From NCBI GenBank assembly GCA_963665845.2, contig OY762492.1:832001-896000 (forward strand): a stretch of 64,000 nt of DNA, read 5' to 3'. Shown here in pieces: positions 9,673-18,871 of the stretch. The translations under genes were made by a program, and so were the position numbers. Positions within the stretch are counted from its first letter, which is position 1. Each line of letters begins with the position of its first letter. Below the pieces are notes generated by a model. The model was not told the DNA's origin, made no database searches, and saw only the letters and a list, made by a program, of their open reading frames with translations. Origin of the DNA: Candidatus Poribacteria bacterium (GTDB lineage: Bacteria > Poribacteria > WGA-4E > GCA-2687025).

Positions 9673-11125
9673 CGGGCGGTTCCTCTTGTTCGCTTTTGCG
9701 TTTCTGTTCGGTACGCTCTACAAGTTTATATGCGGCGACCAGCGCCGCCCCCGGCAGATTATGCAGCGAATGGGCGACCGCCGTTACCCAAAACGCCGTC
9801 CAAAAAGATTCCCCCATCCAATGCGCAAACGCGAAGCCCAGATAGACGCCGCCCGGCAAACCTGCCGCGATGCCTGAACCTGCAGAATTGGTGAAATGAG
9901 CAAACGCAAACAGAGCCGCCGACGCCGCAGCCTGCGTTCCCAGATCCGCTCCAACAAGCCTCAACAGAAGGACGGGAGCCGCCTGCAGCGCAAACGTCTC
10001 ATAGATGGGCGCCTCCGCCAGCACATATGCAGCCCGCATGTTTTTGATTTCAAGGATCGGATCGATGTTCTCTTTTTTCGGTTGAGGGTCAATGTTCTCT
10101 TTTTTCGGTTGAGGCTCGCGCGTCTCTCCGCTCTCATGTTCTTCGTCGGGTTCAACAGGTTTGGGCGGCTTCATCCGAGCGCGCAGTTCAGACAACCTTT
10201 GCCGTAGGCGCGAGCGGTCCACAAATACCGCAATGGGCATTAGCAGCAGGCTCACAACGAGCGTCTCAAGCGCGAGCCATAAACAAAACGCCCACTGCCC
10301 ATGCTTGCTGTATCGCGCCGTTAGCCATTCAAACGCCCACGCAAACGAACCGCCGCTCAACAGGAACGCCAACAGGAGAACAGCCGCGACCGCCAGCAGC
10401 AGCCGCCAGTGCGGAGCCGCCTGTTTTGCGCCGTTCCGCGCCGCTAGACCGAGCGCTACGTAAAGCGTATTCAGCCCATGCGCCGACGCATGCAGCGCCA
10501 ACGCAAGCGCGAACGCGACCGCCCATGAAACGCCGGCGCCGTAGGCGAACGCGGTTGCCGCATACAGATTCTGCGTACCCCAAAACAGCCATGACCAGCT
10601 CCCGCGGCGGTGAAAAAACAGCGCGGACAGATAAACGGAAACGGCAATCTGTCCCACGGCGCCGATGTCGAAGCGGCTCAATAGAAACATCGGAACGGCT
10701 TGAAGCGCCGCCGCATAAAAAGCGGGCGCGGCGGCGAGGTCGATCAAAACATTTTTGACGGAGCGGCGGTTCGATGCCTGAAACGAGGCTTTTTTGCCAA
10801 GTCCAAAAAGACGCAGGACAGGAATCCAATTGCGCAGATTCGGAAGCGCCGCCTCGCGCCCGAAAAGGCGCAGAAGGGTCAAAAGCGCCGCGCCGACCGC
10901 AAACATCTCCACGGCGGCGCGCCAGCCGAAACCCCATGCGGACAGCTCCGCATATCTGTTCAGCCACACATCCGCCAGCCCGATCTTGTCAACAAACCGA
11001 CTCAACCAGACAAGCAGCCCCAAACCGACCAAGGCGGCTCCGACGCGCAGCAGGCGTTTGATCTTGTCCCTTGGCGGCGCCGCGCCGCCCTTCTCGTTCA
11101 TTTCTTGCCCTTTTCTCCCGCTCAA
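9659..11125 (-). CDS. Membrane protein with two CPBP-like domains, the N-terminal one degenerate
   Basis: C-terminal APIYET / LFAFAH / AHSLHN; N-terminal APAFYA / LFFH / HASAHG; duplicated PQPKKENID linker. Start may be the second Met. Confidence 0.75.
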   Translation of the reverse strand: MSGRKGQEMNEKGGAAPPRDKIKRLLRVGAALVGLGLLVWLSRFVDKIGLADVWLNRYAELSAWGFGWRAAVEMFAVGAALLTLLRLFGREAALPNLRNWIPVLRLFGLGKKASFQASNRRSVKNVLIDLAAAPAFYAAALQAVPMFLLSRFDIGAVGQIAVSVYLSALFFHRRGSWSWLFWGTQNLYAATAFAYGAGVSWAVAFALALALHASAHGLNTLYVALGLAARNGAKQAAPHWRLLLAVAAVLLLAFLLSGGSFAWAFEWLTARYSKHGQWAFCLWLALETLVVSLLLMPIAVFVDRSRLRQRLSELRARMKPPKPVEPDEEHESGETREPQPKKENIDPQPKKENIDPILEIKNMRAAYVLAEAPIYETFALQAAPVLLLRLVGADLGTQAAASAALFAFAHFTNSAGSGIAAGLPGGVYLGFAFAHWMGESFWTAFWVTAVAHSLHNLPGAALVAAYKLVERTEQKRKSEQEEPPVERE

Positions 11126-11211
11126 GCAGGTTCCTGGTTTTTATTAAGTGTAAACGAATTATCGGCGCATGGATTCCCTCCCCTTTTTTCATTCATGGGC
11201 GCGCCGCGTCC

Positions 11212-11309
11212 GATTCCCGCTTACGCGGGAATGACGAATAGCCCAATAACAGCGGTTGGGGCGCGGTTTCTGGACTCCCCCCTTGAAAAGAGGGGCTGGG
11301 GGGTTTTAG
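11212..11309. repeat. Intergenic REP-like elements, family A (GATTCCCGCTTACGCGGGAATGAC) and family B (CCCCCCTTGAAAAGAGGGGCTGGGGGG)
   Basis: Both palindromes recur many times in the window. Confidence 0.9.
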
Positions 11310-11394
11310 TTCCGTGCGCGGAATCACGATTAGCATAACTCGAACGGGATTTTCGTCGTCATCGCCTGTAGAGACTGCCCGCGGCGAGGCAAGC

Positions 11395-11423
11395 TTGACA
11401 CGCGCCGCCGCATCGTGTATCGT
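11395..11423 (+). promoter_or_regulatory. Putative sigma70 promoter of the sulfatase
   Basis: TTGACA-17bp-TATCGT upstream of ATG 11457. Confidence 0.6.
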
Positions 11424-11456
11424 CTTTACGCGGCATACCATAAAGGCGGGAGAAAA

Positions 11457-12842
11457 ATGGCGTCCTCCAAACCGAACATACTTGTTTTCCTGACAGACGA
11501 CCACGGCCAATGGGCGTTGCCAACCTACGGCAACTCCGAAATATCCGCCCCCAACATCGATTATCTAGCCGCCAACGGCGCCGTCATGGAGAACGGCTTC
11601 ACGCCTTCCCCCGTCTGTTCGCCCGCCCGCGCCAGCTTCTTTACAGGGCTGCTTCCGTCCCAGCATGGCGTTCATGACTGGCTGCGCGAATCGGAGCAGG
11701 CGCTGACGCATGACGGCATCGACAACAAAACGAACATCGCCGAGCTGCTTCAAGCGGACGGCTACCACACAGGGCTTGTCGGCAAATGGCACTGCGGCCG
11801 CTCCTCCGAGCCGAAGCGCGGATTCGACCGCTGGTTCAGCTATCAGGTCGCCCAGTATCCCCATTTCGGCGTCCAAAACTTCTCCGATCAAGGCGAGCAT
11901 GTCCAGCGCAAAGGGCATCAATCGGCGCTTTTGACCGACGAAGCGGCAGCCTTCCTGCGCGGCAGACCTCAAGACCGCCCCTTCTTTCTGTTTGTCGGAT
12001 ATGTCAACACGCACGGACCGCACCGCGACCAGCCCGAACGGCTTGTCGACCATTACCGCCGAAACGCGTCGTTCGATGACATACCGAAGGAGACCTTCGC
12101 CGAATGCCATGGGATTCGCGGGCGGCGCGTATGGCCGGCGGAAGATGTCTACCGCGAGGAGCTGGCGCAGTACTACGCCTCCGTCACGATGATCGATGAC
12201 CAGGTCGGGCGGGTTTTGGACGAGCTGGACGCGCAAGGCGCGATGGACGACACCTTGATCGTTTATACGGGCGACCATGGACATATGAATGGGCATCATG
12301 GGATGTTCAACAAAGGGAACGGAACCATCCCGCAAAATTTCATCGAGGAGTCGATACGCATTCCGTATATCGCCATGTGGCGCGGCGGGTTTGAGGCGGG
12401 GCAGCGGCGCGCGGAATCGGTTGACCTGTGCGACTGGATGCCGACGCTGCTGGACGCCGCCGGCATGGAAACGCCGGAGGAGATTCATACGCCTGGGCGT
12501 TCCTTTTTGCCGCTGCTAAAGGGAGAAGCGGTTGAATGGCGGGACGCGCAATTCTGCGAATACGGCAACGCCCGCATGATACGCGCTGACGGATACAAGC
12601 TGATACGGCGTTATCCTGGACCGAACGGACATTTTCCGGATGAGCTGTACGATCTCCAGAACGACCCGCGCGAGCGGGAGAACCGTATCGACAGGGCGGA
12701 GTATGCGGACATCGCGGCGCAGCTGACCGCCCGTTTGGACGCGCATTTTGAAACGTATGAAACGGCTGAATGCTCTGGGCGCGACATCGCCGCGCGTCCA
12801 AGATGCAACGCGAATGAGCCGTGGCGCCGCGCTGTTTCTTAA
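11457..12842 (+). CDS. Cys-type sulfatase
   Basis: PNILVFLTDD, CSPARAS..TG, GKWH, GDHG; start moved to MASSKPN. Confidence 0.95.
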   Translation: MASSKPNILVFLTDDHGQWALPTYGNSEISAPNIDYLAANGAVMENGFTPSPVCSPARASFFTGLLPSQHGVHDWLRESEQALTHDGIDNKTNIAELLQADGYHTGLVGKWHCGRSSEPKRGFDRWFSYQVAQYPHFGVQNFSDQGEHVQRKGHQSALLTDEAAAFLRGRPQDRPFFLFVGYVNTHGPHRDQPERLVDHYRRNASFDDIPKETFAECHGIRGRRVWPAEDVYREELAQYYASVTMIDDQVGRVLDELDAQGAMDDTLIVYTGDHGHMNGHHGMFNKGNGTIPQNFIEESIRIPYIAMWRGGFEAGQRRAESVDLCDWMPTLLDAAGMETPEEIHTPGRSFLPLLKGEAVEWRDAQFCEYGNARMIRADGYKLIRRYPGPNGHFPDELYDLQNDPRERENRIDRAEYADIAAQLTARLDAHFETYETAECSGRDIAARPRCNANEPWRRAVS

Positions 12843-12847
12843 GGAGA

Positions 12848-13915
12848 ATGATCATTCCGCGCATAGATGTTTTCAGAACGCGAATATGCCTCGGCGCATG
12901 CCTCATGGCGGGGCTGGCGTTCCTCTTTATGGGGTGCGATCAACTGCGCAGCCTGCTTGAGCCGGACGCCGCAACGGACGCGGAATGTGTAGAAGCAGGG
13001 CGCGTTCTCAAGGTCGGCTTTTACGCCGATTTCTCCCCTGTCAGCTACAGCGCCGACGCCGATCCGAACGCCGACGGTTTCAACGAGCATATGGGATATG
13101 AAGCGGATCTGCTGACCGCGCTTGAGGCGGTGGATGACCTGGGCGCGGCCTTCACCCGCAGCGGCATCGCTGAATGGCCGGGCATCTGGCTCAAATCGGC
13201 TGAGCCTGAATACGACCTGATCGGCGGCGGAATCACCATACTGGAGTCCAGGACGCGCGATGAAAACGGCGTCCCAAAGATCGCGTTCACATCGGGGCAT
13301 ATTGTATTTCGTCAATCGCTTTTAGTACGCGCTGAAGACGCCGACCGCCTTGCCTCGCATGCGGCGCTCACGTCCGATGTGCGCGTCGGCGTACTGGCCG
13401 CCACTACCGGCGAAGCGCGCCTGCTTCAACTCACTGGCATGGCGGACAGCGAAGGCGTTCTGACCAAAGGAACGCGCGTCTCAACGCCGAACGGAGAGGT
13501 TGAAGCGGACGGAACGGCCGAGTACATGATCACCGCCGCCCAGGCGTCGCCCAGTCTAGAAGGGCGTACCCACATCATCCCCGCCGCCGACCATATGCCG
13601 CAGGCGGCGTATTTCAGCGGCGACGCGGAATTGCTTGAAGCGCTGGCAGACGGAAGCATTGACGCCATCGCGCGCGGCGAAATCGGCAACCGCGGCGCCT
13701 CCCATGTCTCCGACGGCGCCTTCGTTGTCACGGCGTTGGACGATCAGGTGGAATACGGCGGGTTCACGCTCGCGCTGGAGGATGCCGACCTGCTCGCCTG
13801 CATAGACGAACGGCTCCGTTTTTTGACGGACGGAGGCAATATCGGTTATGGGGAATGGCTAGAGAACCCGAAGATCTTCCTTGAGCGCGCTGCAATGTGG
13901 AACGCGAAAAAATAA
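12848..13915 (+). CDS. Lipoprotein, amino-acid ABC-type (family 3) substrate-binding protein
   Basis: AAGGAG before ATG; lipobox LFMGC; LKVG..FSPVSY, GYEADL, GITILESR, L.DGSIDA. Confidence 0.8.
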   Translation: MIIPRIDVFRTRICLGACLMAGLAFLFMGCDQLRSLLEPDAATDAECVEAGRVLKVGFYADFSPVSYSADADPNADGFNEHMGYEADLLTALEAVDDLGAAFTRSGIAEWPGIWLKSAEPEYDLIGGGITILESRTRDENGVPKIAFTSGHIVFRQSLLVRAEDADRLASHAALTSDVRVGVLAATTGEARLLQLTGMADSEGVLTKGTRVSTPNGEVEADGTAEYMITAAQASPSLEGRTHIIPAADHMPQAAYFSGDAELLEALADGSIDAIARGEIGNRGASHVSDGAFVVTALDDQVEYGGFTLALEDADLLACIDERLRFLTDGGNIGYGEWLENPKIFLERAAMWNAKK

Positions 13916-13952
13916 GCGGGCGCATGTCAGCAAAAGCCCGCGCCCCTCATCC

Positions 13953-14420
13953 TGTCATTCCCGCCCCTGCGGTAAAACGCGCGGGAATCTTAGGCGACGC
14001 AGACGACCTGCATATTCGTCATCCCCGTCCATTCTACACGCTGTCATTCCCGCGCAAGCGGGAATCCAGAGGCGCCGCAGACGACATCCGCGTTCACCTC
14101 AAACGTTCATCCTACCCGCCGTCATTCCCGCGTAAGCGGGAATCCAGAGTCTTCTTGCGGCGCTGAAAACCCCCCTAGCCCCCCTTTTCAATGGGGGAAC
14201 GGCCAGCGACGCACAAGCGGGAATCCAGAGGCGCCGCAGTCGACATCCGCGTTCACCTTAAACGTCCATCCTACCCGCCGTCATTCCCGCGTAAGCGGGA
14301 ATCTTAAGGCACACCAGCCGCCGGGCGCGCCTAAAACCCCCCCAGCCCCTTTTTTCAAGGGGGAACGATGCGCCCGCCGATCGTCATCCCGCCCCTGCGA
14401 TAAAACGCGCGGGAATCCAG
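13953..14420. repeat. Cluster of REP-like repeats (about 6 family A, 2 family B)
   Basis: GTCATTCCCGCG[CT]AAGCGGGAATC at ~14043, 14121 and 14280, variants at ~13954 and 14383; CCCCCTTTTCAAnGGGGG at ~14180 and 14345; duplicated linker gacatccgcgttcacct..cctacccgcc. Confidence 0.9.
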
Positions 14421-14527
14421 AGTTCATCCAGACAGCTTCCGCAGGGAAGGAGTTTTTTAAAACAACATACCCGCCCCATAGGATTTGGAGCGGGCGTTTT
14501 CAGGATGCGGAAGGAATCGAAACCGCC

Positions 14528-15232
14528 TTAGCTGGTTTCTTTATTCCGTTTCGCTTTCGGGTTCATTTTCGACTGAATCGCCGCGCCGAGAGCATGCAGA
14601 GCCGCTGCCGCGTCGTCGGTCGACCCTGTATGAACGATATTCGTTCCGTTCTCCGTATGCTGAACAGACGTCTCAATGTTTTTCCGCTGCAGATACAGCC
14701 GCGCCGCGGTCGGCGTGAGGCGTCCGCCGCGCGCCGCCAACTTAGCGAGATGCGGTTTGCCCTTGCTCATCTCATGGCGCATTTCGGCATGCGCTTGGAC
14801 GATCGGGACCCGCTCTTCGTTCTCGGTTGCGATGCGGAGCTCAAATCCGTCGTCGGTCAGATGAACGGAGCGCGACACATCTCGCATGCCGCGCCTGCGC
14901 CGTTCATGTCCATGGCGTCCGCGGCGTTCGGGTCGTCCTCGCCGCGCGCCGCTTCTTGAACCTCGGCGCGCATCGCTTCGGCGTTCGGGTCGTCCTCGCC
15001 GCGCGCCGCTTCTTGAACCTCGGCGCGCATCGCTTCGGCGTTCAGGGCGTCCGCGCCTTTCATGTCCTGGTCTTCCGCGCCGTTCATGGCGTTTCGGACC
15101 TCGCCGCGCGCCGCTTCGGCGTTCTGGTCGCCCTCGCCGTTCATGGCGTTTCGGACCTCGCCGGCTGTTTCCTCGTTCTGTTTCTTTTCTCAACATTTCC
15201 TCCGTTGATTTTGCTTCGCCGCCGCTCCGCAT
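14528..15232 (-). CDS. Hypothetical protein with Arg/Gly-rich tandem repeats and a globular C-terminal domain
   Basis: RRGRPERRSDARRGSRSGA repeats (57-bp DNA unit at 14922, 14979, 15036); ordinary-composition C-terminus; real start probably MLRK near 15196 (GGAGG upstream). Confidence 0.7.
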   Translation of the reverse strand: MRSGGEAKSTEEMLRKETERGNSRRGPKRHERRGRPERRSGARRGPKRHERRGRPGHERRGRPERRSDARRGSRSGARRGRPERRSDARRGSRSGARRGRPERRGRHGHERRRRGMRDVSRSVHLTDDGFELRIATENEERVPIVQAHAEMRHEMSKGKPHLAKLAARGGRLTPTAARLYLQRKNIETSVQHTENGTNIVHTGSTDDAAAALHALGAAIQSKMNPKAKRNKETS

Positions 15233-15274
15233 GCTTTCATGCGTTTGGGCGGCTTCTTTTGTCTTTCAATCATC

Positions 15275-15303
15275 TTAGACGCCGCCGCCCGCTAAAAGGT
15301 TGA
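15275..15303 (-). promoter_or_regulatory. Putative ECF sigma promoter
   Basis: TCAAC-cttttag..(17)-CGTCTAA; matches the site at 32684. Confidence 0.6.
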
Positions 15304-15463
15304 GCGCATCTGGACGGCGCCTGCGGCGCCTAAGATTCCCGCTTACGCGGGAATGACAACATGGGGGCGCGGGAATGATGAGTTGGGGCGCGGCGCCGTT
15401 CCCTCTTGGGCGCGGTCTATGTTACACTGGATATATCACATAAAAAACGCGAAGGGCGCGAAA

Positions 15464-16219
15464 ATGCGTTTGAAAGGCAAAAGAGCCTTCATCACAGGAG
15501 CGGGAAGCGGCATCGGATGGGAGACGGCGCGGCGGATGGTCTCGGAAGGGGCGCAAGCCGCTCTCGTCAGCCTCCCGTCAGACGAAGTGGAACGCAAAGC
15601 GAAGCGGCTGCGCCCCTCCGCCGTAGGTCTCTCCGCGGATGTCTCGGACGAAGCGCAGGTGAAACATGCGGTCGAAGCGGCTGTCAAAGCGTTCGGCGGC
15701 ATCGATATACTGGCCGCCTGCGCCGGCATTCAGCTCCATGTTGAAGACCGCGATCTCCATACGCTCCAATCGGAAACGTGGGACAGAACGCACAATGTGA
15801 ATTACCGCGGCGTCTTTTTGACGGTCAAGCATGTCTTAAATGAGATGGTTAAATCGGGGGGCGGAGGCTCCATTGCGATCGTCTCCTCCGTCACAGGTTT
15901 GAGCGGTTTTTCAGCAAACCCCGCCTATTTGAGCGGCAAGCATGGCTTGATCGGTTTGAGTCGGTATACCGCCGTCCATTACGGCAAATACGGGATTCGC
16001 TGCAACGCGGTCTGCCCAGGCGCGCTGGAACGGACGCCGAACCATGAGAAGCATCCCAACCCGAAGGGGCGCGCCGAGCGTTTTGAGGCGCGCGTTCCCC
16101 TTGGACGCCTCGGCGCGCCGGCGGAGATTGCCAACGCGCTTGTTTTTCTGTCCAGCGACGAAGCCTCCTACATCAGCGGCGCCTGCTTAACGATAGACGG
16201 CGGACTCTCCGCCGCGTAA
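15464..16219 (+). CDS. SDR family oxidoreductase
   Basis: TGAGSGIG, YLSGK (YxxxK), IRCNAVCPG, IDGG. Confidence 0.95.
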   Translation: MRLKGKRAFITGAGSGIGWETARRMVSEGAQAALVSLPSDEVERKAKRLRPSAVGLSADVSDEAQVKHAVEAAVKAFGGIDILAACAGIQLHVEDRDLHTLQSETWDRTHNVNYRGVFLTVKHVLNEMVKSGGGGSIAIVSSVTGLSGFSANPAYLSGKHGLIGLSRYTAVHYGKYGIRCNAVCPGALERTPNHEKHPNPKGRAERFEARVPLGRLGAPAEIANALVFLSSDEASYISGACLTIDGGLSAA

Positions 16220-16248
16220 AGGAGACCTCCCCGCCCAGGCTTCTGAAC

Positions 16249-17139
16249 TCAAAGATATTGGCGCAGCCGCGACGCATGCGGGCGCTGGCGGATGCTGTTG
16301 AAGGCGGCAACTTCCAGCTGGCGCACCCGTTCGCGCGACAGCCCCACCTCTTGCCCGACTTCGCGCAGGCTGCGCGCCCCGCCGTCGTCCAGCCCGTAGC
16401 GAAGACGGACGACGCGCGCCGTTCGCGGGTCCAACTCGGACAGCACCGATTCAAGCTCCTCCCGTTTCATCTTCTCCTCGGCGATGGCGTCGGGGCGGCG
16501 CCGGCTCTCGTCCTCAATCGTTTCATACAGCGGCCGCCCGCAGTCGCCCGCTTTGGCGTCCAGCGACACGGTCTCGCTTTCGGCGCCCAACGCCCGCTTC
16601 ACCTGATCATGCGTCAATCCGCTCGCGGACGACAGCGCCTCTATCGATTCCTCTCCGCTGTTTTGATGCCGGCGAATCTGGCGCCGCCACTCCTGCAGGT
16701 AGGTCGGCACGCGCACCGCGCGCGCCTGATTTGCGACCGCGAGACCCATCCGCTGCCGTATCCACATGGCGGCGTAGGAGCTGAACGGAACGCCGCGCCG
16801 CCAGTCGAACGTTTCGATGGCGCGAAGGATGCCCATGGAACCTTCCTGTATCAGATCCAGCGTATCGACGCCTCGGTTGCGGTACTTTTTTGAAATGGAG
16901 GCGGCAAGACGCAGGTTTCGCCGCGCGATTTCGTCGCGCGCGCGTTTCTCTTCAGCCTCAATCCGTTGAACGACCGCGCGGGGGCGTCCCTGTTTCTCCG
17001 CCTGCCGGCGCGCTTTCCGAAGCATGTCAAGCCGACGGAAAAGGGCGGTCTCCTGCTCCCTTGTCAACAAAGGCGTTTTGCCAATCTCTTTCAGGTATGC
17101 TTCCAGAGCCGTTCCGCTGGGTCGTTTCAAATTGGACAT
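16249..17139 (-). CDS. Alternative sigma70-family factor (RpoD/RpoS-like, no region 1.1)
   Basis: YLKEIGKTPLLT (region 1.2), DLIQEG..FSSYAAMWIRQ (region 2), SLREVG..SRERVRQLE (region 4). Confidence 0.93.
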   Translation of the reverse strand: MSNLKRPSGTALEAYLKEIGKTPLLTREQETALFRRLDMLRKARRQAEKQGRPRAVVQRIEAEEKRARDEIARRNLRLAASISKKYRNRGVDTLDLIQEGSMGILRAIETFDWRRGVPFSSYAAMWIRQRMGLAVANQARAVRVPTYLQEWRRQIRRHQNSGEESIEALSSASGLTHDQVKRALGAESETVSLDAKAGDCGRPLYETIEDESRRRPDAIAEEKMKREELESVLSELDPRTARVVRLRYGLDDGGARSLREVGQEVGLSRERVRQLEVAAFNSIRQRPHASRLRQYL

Positions 17140-17181
17140 CTCTTTTTCTCCACGCTTTTTACGCCGCTTCCCCCTCCTTTA

Positions 17182-17198
17182 AGCAAAAAGCGTGCCAA
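17182..17198 (-). promoter_or_regulatory. sigma54 (-24/-12) promoter of the sigma70 gene
   Basis: TTGGCACGCTTTTTGCT matches the TGGCACG-N4-TTGCW consensus, about 40 bp upstream of the start. Confidence 0.88.
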
Positions 17199-17268
17199 CT
17201 TAGGCGGCGGGGCGGCTCGCGCCGTATGCGGCTTTGCGCCCTTATCGGCGGACAGGCAGACGAAAAAG

Positions 17269-17306
17269 TGTCGCGTTTTTGATACAGGTGTATCGTTTAT
17301 GGACGA
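17269..17306. promoter_or_regulatory. Candidate tandem upstream activator sites
   Basis: TGTCGCGTTTTTGATACA and TGTATCGTTTATGGACGA, 20 bp apart, 70-110 bp upstream of the -24 box. Confidence 0.5.
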
Positions 17307-17320
17307 AAGGCGCCGCGCGC

Positions 17321-18751
17321 TTACGATTCTCTTTTGAGCTGATGCGCCTTGATCTTGCGGTGAAGAACGGAGCGGCTGATCTGCAGTCTCTCTGCCGCTT
17401 GAGTCACGTTGCCGTTGGCGCGTTCCATCGCGCATCGGATCATATACTTTTCAAATTCAGCCGACGCTTCCGAGAGCGGCATCTGCGCCAGCATCCGCAG
17501 ATAGCTGTTCGTTTCCCTGTCCGCCCTCTCCTCCAGCGCTTCCTCCTGATCCCAAAAATCGGGCGGGAAGTCGTCGCACCGTATCAGCACCCCGCCGCAC
17601 TGCAGCGCCGCCGCTTCAACAGCGTTGCGCAGCTCGCGGATATTGCCGCCCCATACGCGCGTCATCAGCCGCGGCAGCACATCCTTGTCAAAACCGAACA
17701 CATGCTTTTTCAGCTTCTGGCAATGCCGCATCAAAAAGAACTCGGCGAGCATCGGTATGTCGTCGCGCCGTTCGCGCAGGGGCGGAACCCGTATCGTGAC
17801 GGCGCGTATGCGGTAGTACAGGTCGCGGCGCAGCTTGCCGCTTCGCGCCGACTCCTCCAGCGGTTGATTCGTCGCCGCCACAATTCGAACGTCGCAGCGG
17901 GTCAGCCGCCCTCCGACGCGCTGTATCTCGCCTTTTTCTAAGGCGCGCAGCAGTTTCGGCTGCGCCTCCAGCGACATATCCCCGATCTCATCCAGAAAAA
18001 GCGTCCCGCCCTCCGCCTCCATGAATTTTCCCTCGCGCGCGTCCACATCGGTCGCGACGCGCCGGTCAATGCCGAACAGCTCCGCCTCCACCAGCTCATC
18101 CGGTATGGCGCTGCAGTTGATCGCAATGAACGGCTTGTCGGCGCGGGGGCTGCACTTGTGAATCGCCTCGGCGACCAGCTCCTTTCCGGAGCCGCTTTCG
18201 CCCACAATCAGAACGGTGGAATCGGTCGGGGCGACCCGTCCGACCGTGGTCGTCAATTCAATCATAGCGGCGCTGGATCCGACCATGGTCGTCAATTCGG
18301 AGGAGTGGTCGCGCATCGGCGCTTCATCGGCGTCCAATCGGCGCTCGGCGGAAATGGCGCGCACAACCCGCACCAGCCGCTCGTAATCGATCGGCTTGAT
18401 GATATAGTCGCGCGCTCCCGTGAGGCTGGCGCGCAGCGACGTGTCCGCCGAACTATGCCCCGTGATAATGATCACATCGGCGGGCTTAGCGCCCTTCTTC
18501 GCCTCCTGCAGCGCCTTCAACCCGCCCAGCTTGTCGCGCGCGCCGTCCCGGTCGGGCATCCACAGGTCCGCGATGACAATGTCGTACGGCTCCTCGGCAT
18601 ACCTGATTTTATCCAGCGTCTCATCCCTGTCGTATGCCGCGTCCACCTTGACCGACAGGTCCGACTCCATGAGCAGCTGCTGCGCGATGTAGCGGCAGGT
18701 GTCTCGGTTGTCGTCCGAGACGAGTATGCGGATCGGCTGATCGCTTGACAT
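17321..18751 (-). CDS. NtrC-family sigma54 enhancer-binding response regulator (REC-AAA+-HTH)
   Basis: REC domain (DD, DLWMP, KP), GESGSGKE, GTLFLDEIG, WGGNIREL, Fis-type HTH. Confidence 0.95.
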   Translation of the reverse strand: MSSDQPIRILVSDDNRDTCRYIAQQLLMESDLSVKVDAAYDRDETLDKIRYAEEPYDIVIADLWMPDRDGARDKLGGLKALQEAKKGAKPADVIIITGHSSADTSLRASLTGARDYIIKPIDYERLVRVVRAISAERRLDADEAPMRDHSSELTTMVGSSAAMIELTTTVGRVAPTDSTVLIVGESGSGKELVAEAIHKCSPRADKPFIAINCSAIPDELVEAELFGIDRRVATDVDAREGKFMEAEGGTLFLDEIGDMSLEAQPKLLRALEKGEIQRVGGRLTRCDVRIVAATNQPLEESARSGKLRRDLYYRIRAVTIRVPPLRERRDDIPMLAEFFLMRHCQKLKKHVFGFDKDVLPRLMTRVWGGNIRELRNAVEAAALQCGGVLIRCDDFPPDFWDQEEALEERADRETNSYLRMLAQMPLSEASAEFEKYMIRCAMERANGNVTQAAERLQISRSVLHRKIKAHQLKRES

Positions 18752-18871
18752 ACGCTTCCCCTCAACTGCCCCCTATCTTAAACCATTCGGAGGATGGGGG
18801 CAAGTATGAAAAACAGGCGCGATTCGGTATCATGCAGGCGTTTCAACTCCTTCGGCAAGGTTCACCGCTCC

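Noticed and set aside
13953-14420. Regularly spaced palindromes as a possible CRISPR, plus short ORFs 13881..14135 and 13897..14166
   Set aside because: The linkers are duplicated rather than unique, and the ORFs are translations of REP sequence (VIPAQAGI, SFPRKRES)
14857-15144. Acidic alternative-frame repeat ORF (EAARGEDDPNAEAMRAEVQ)
   Set aside because: It stops before the globular domain and has no clear RBS; the Arg-rich frame is continuous. Not fully excluded.
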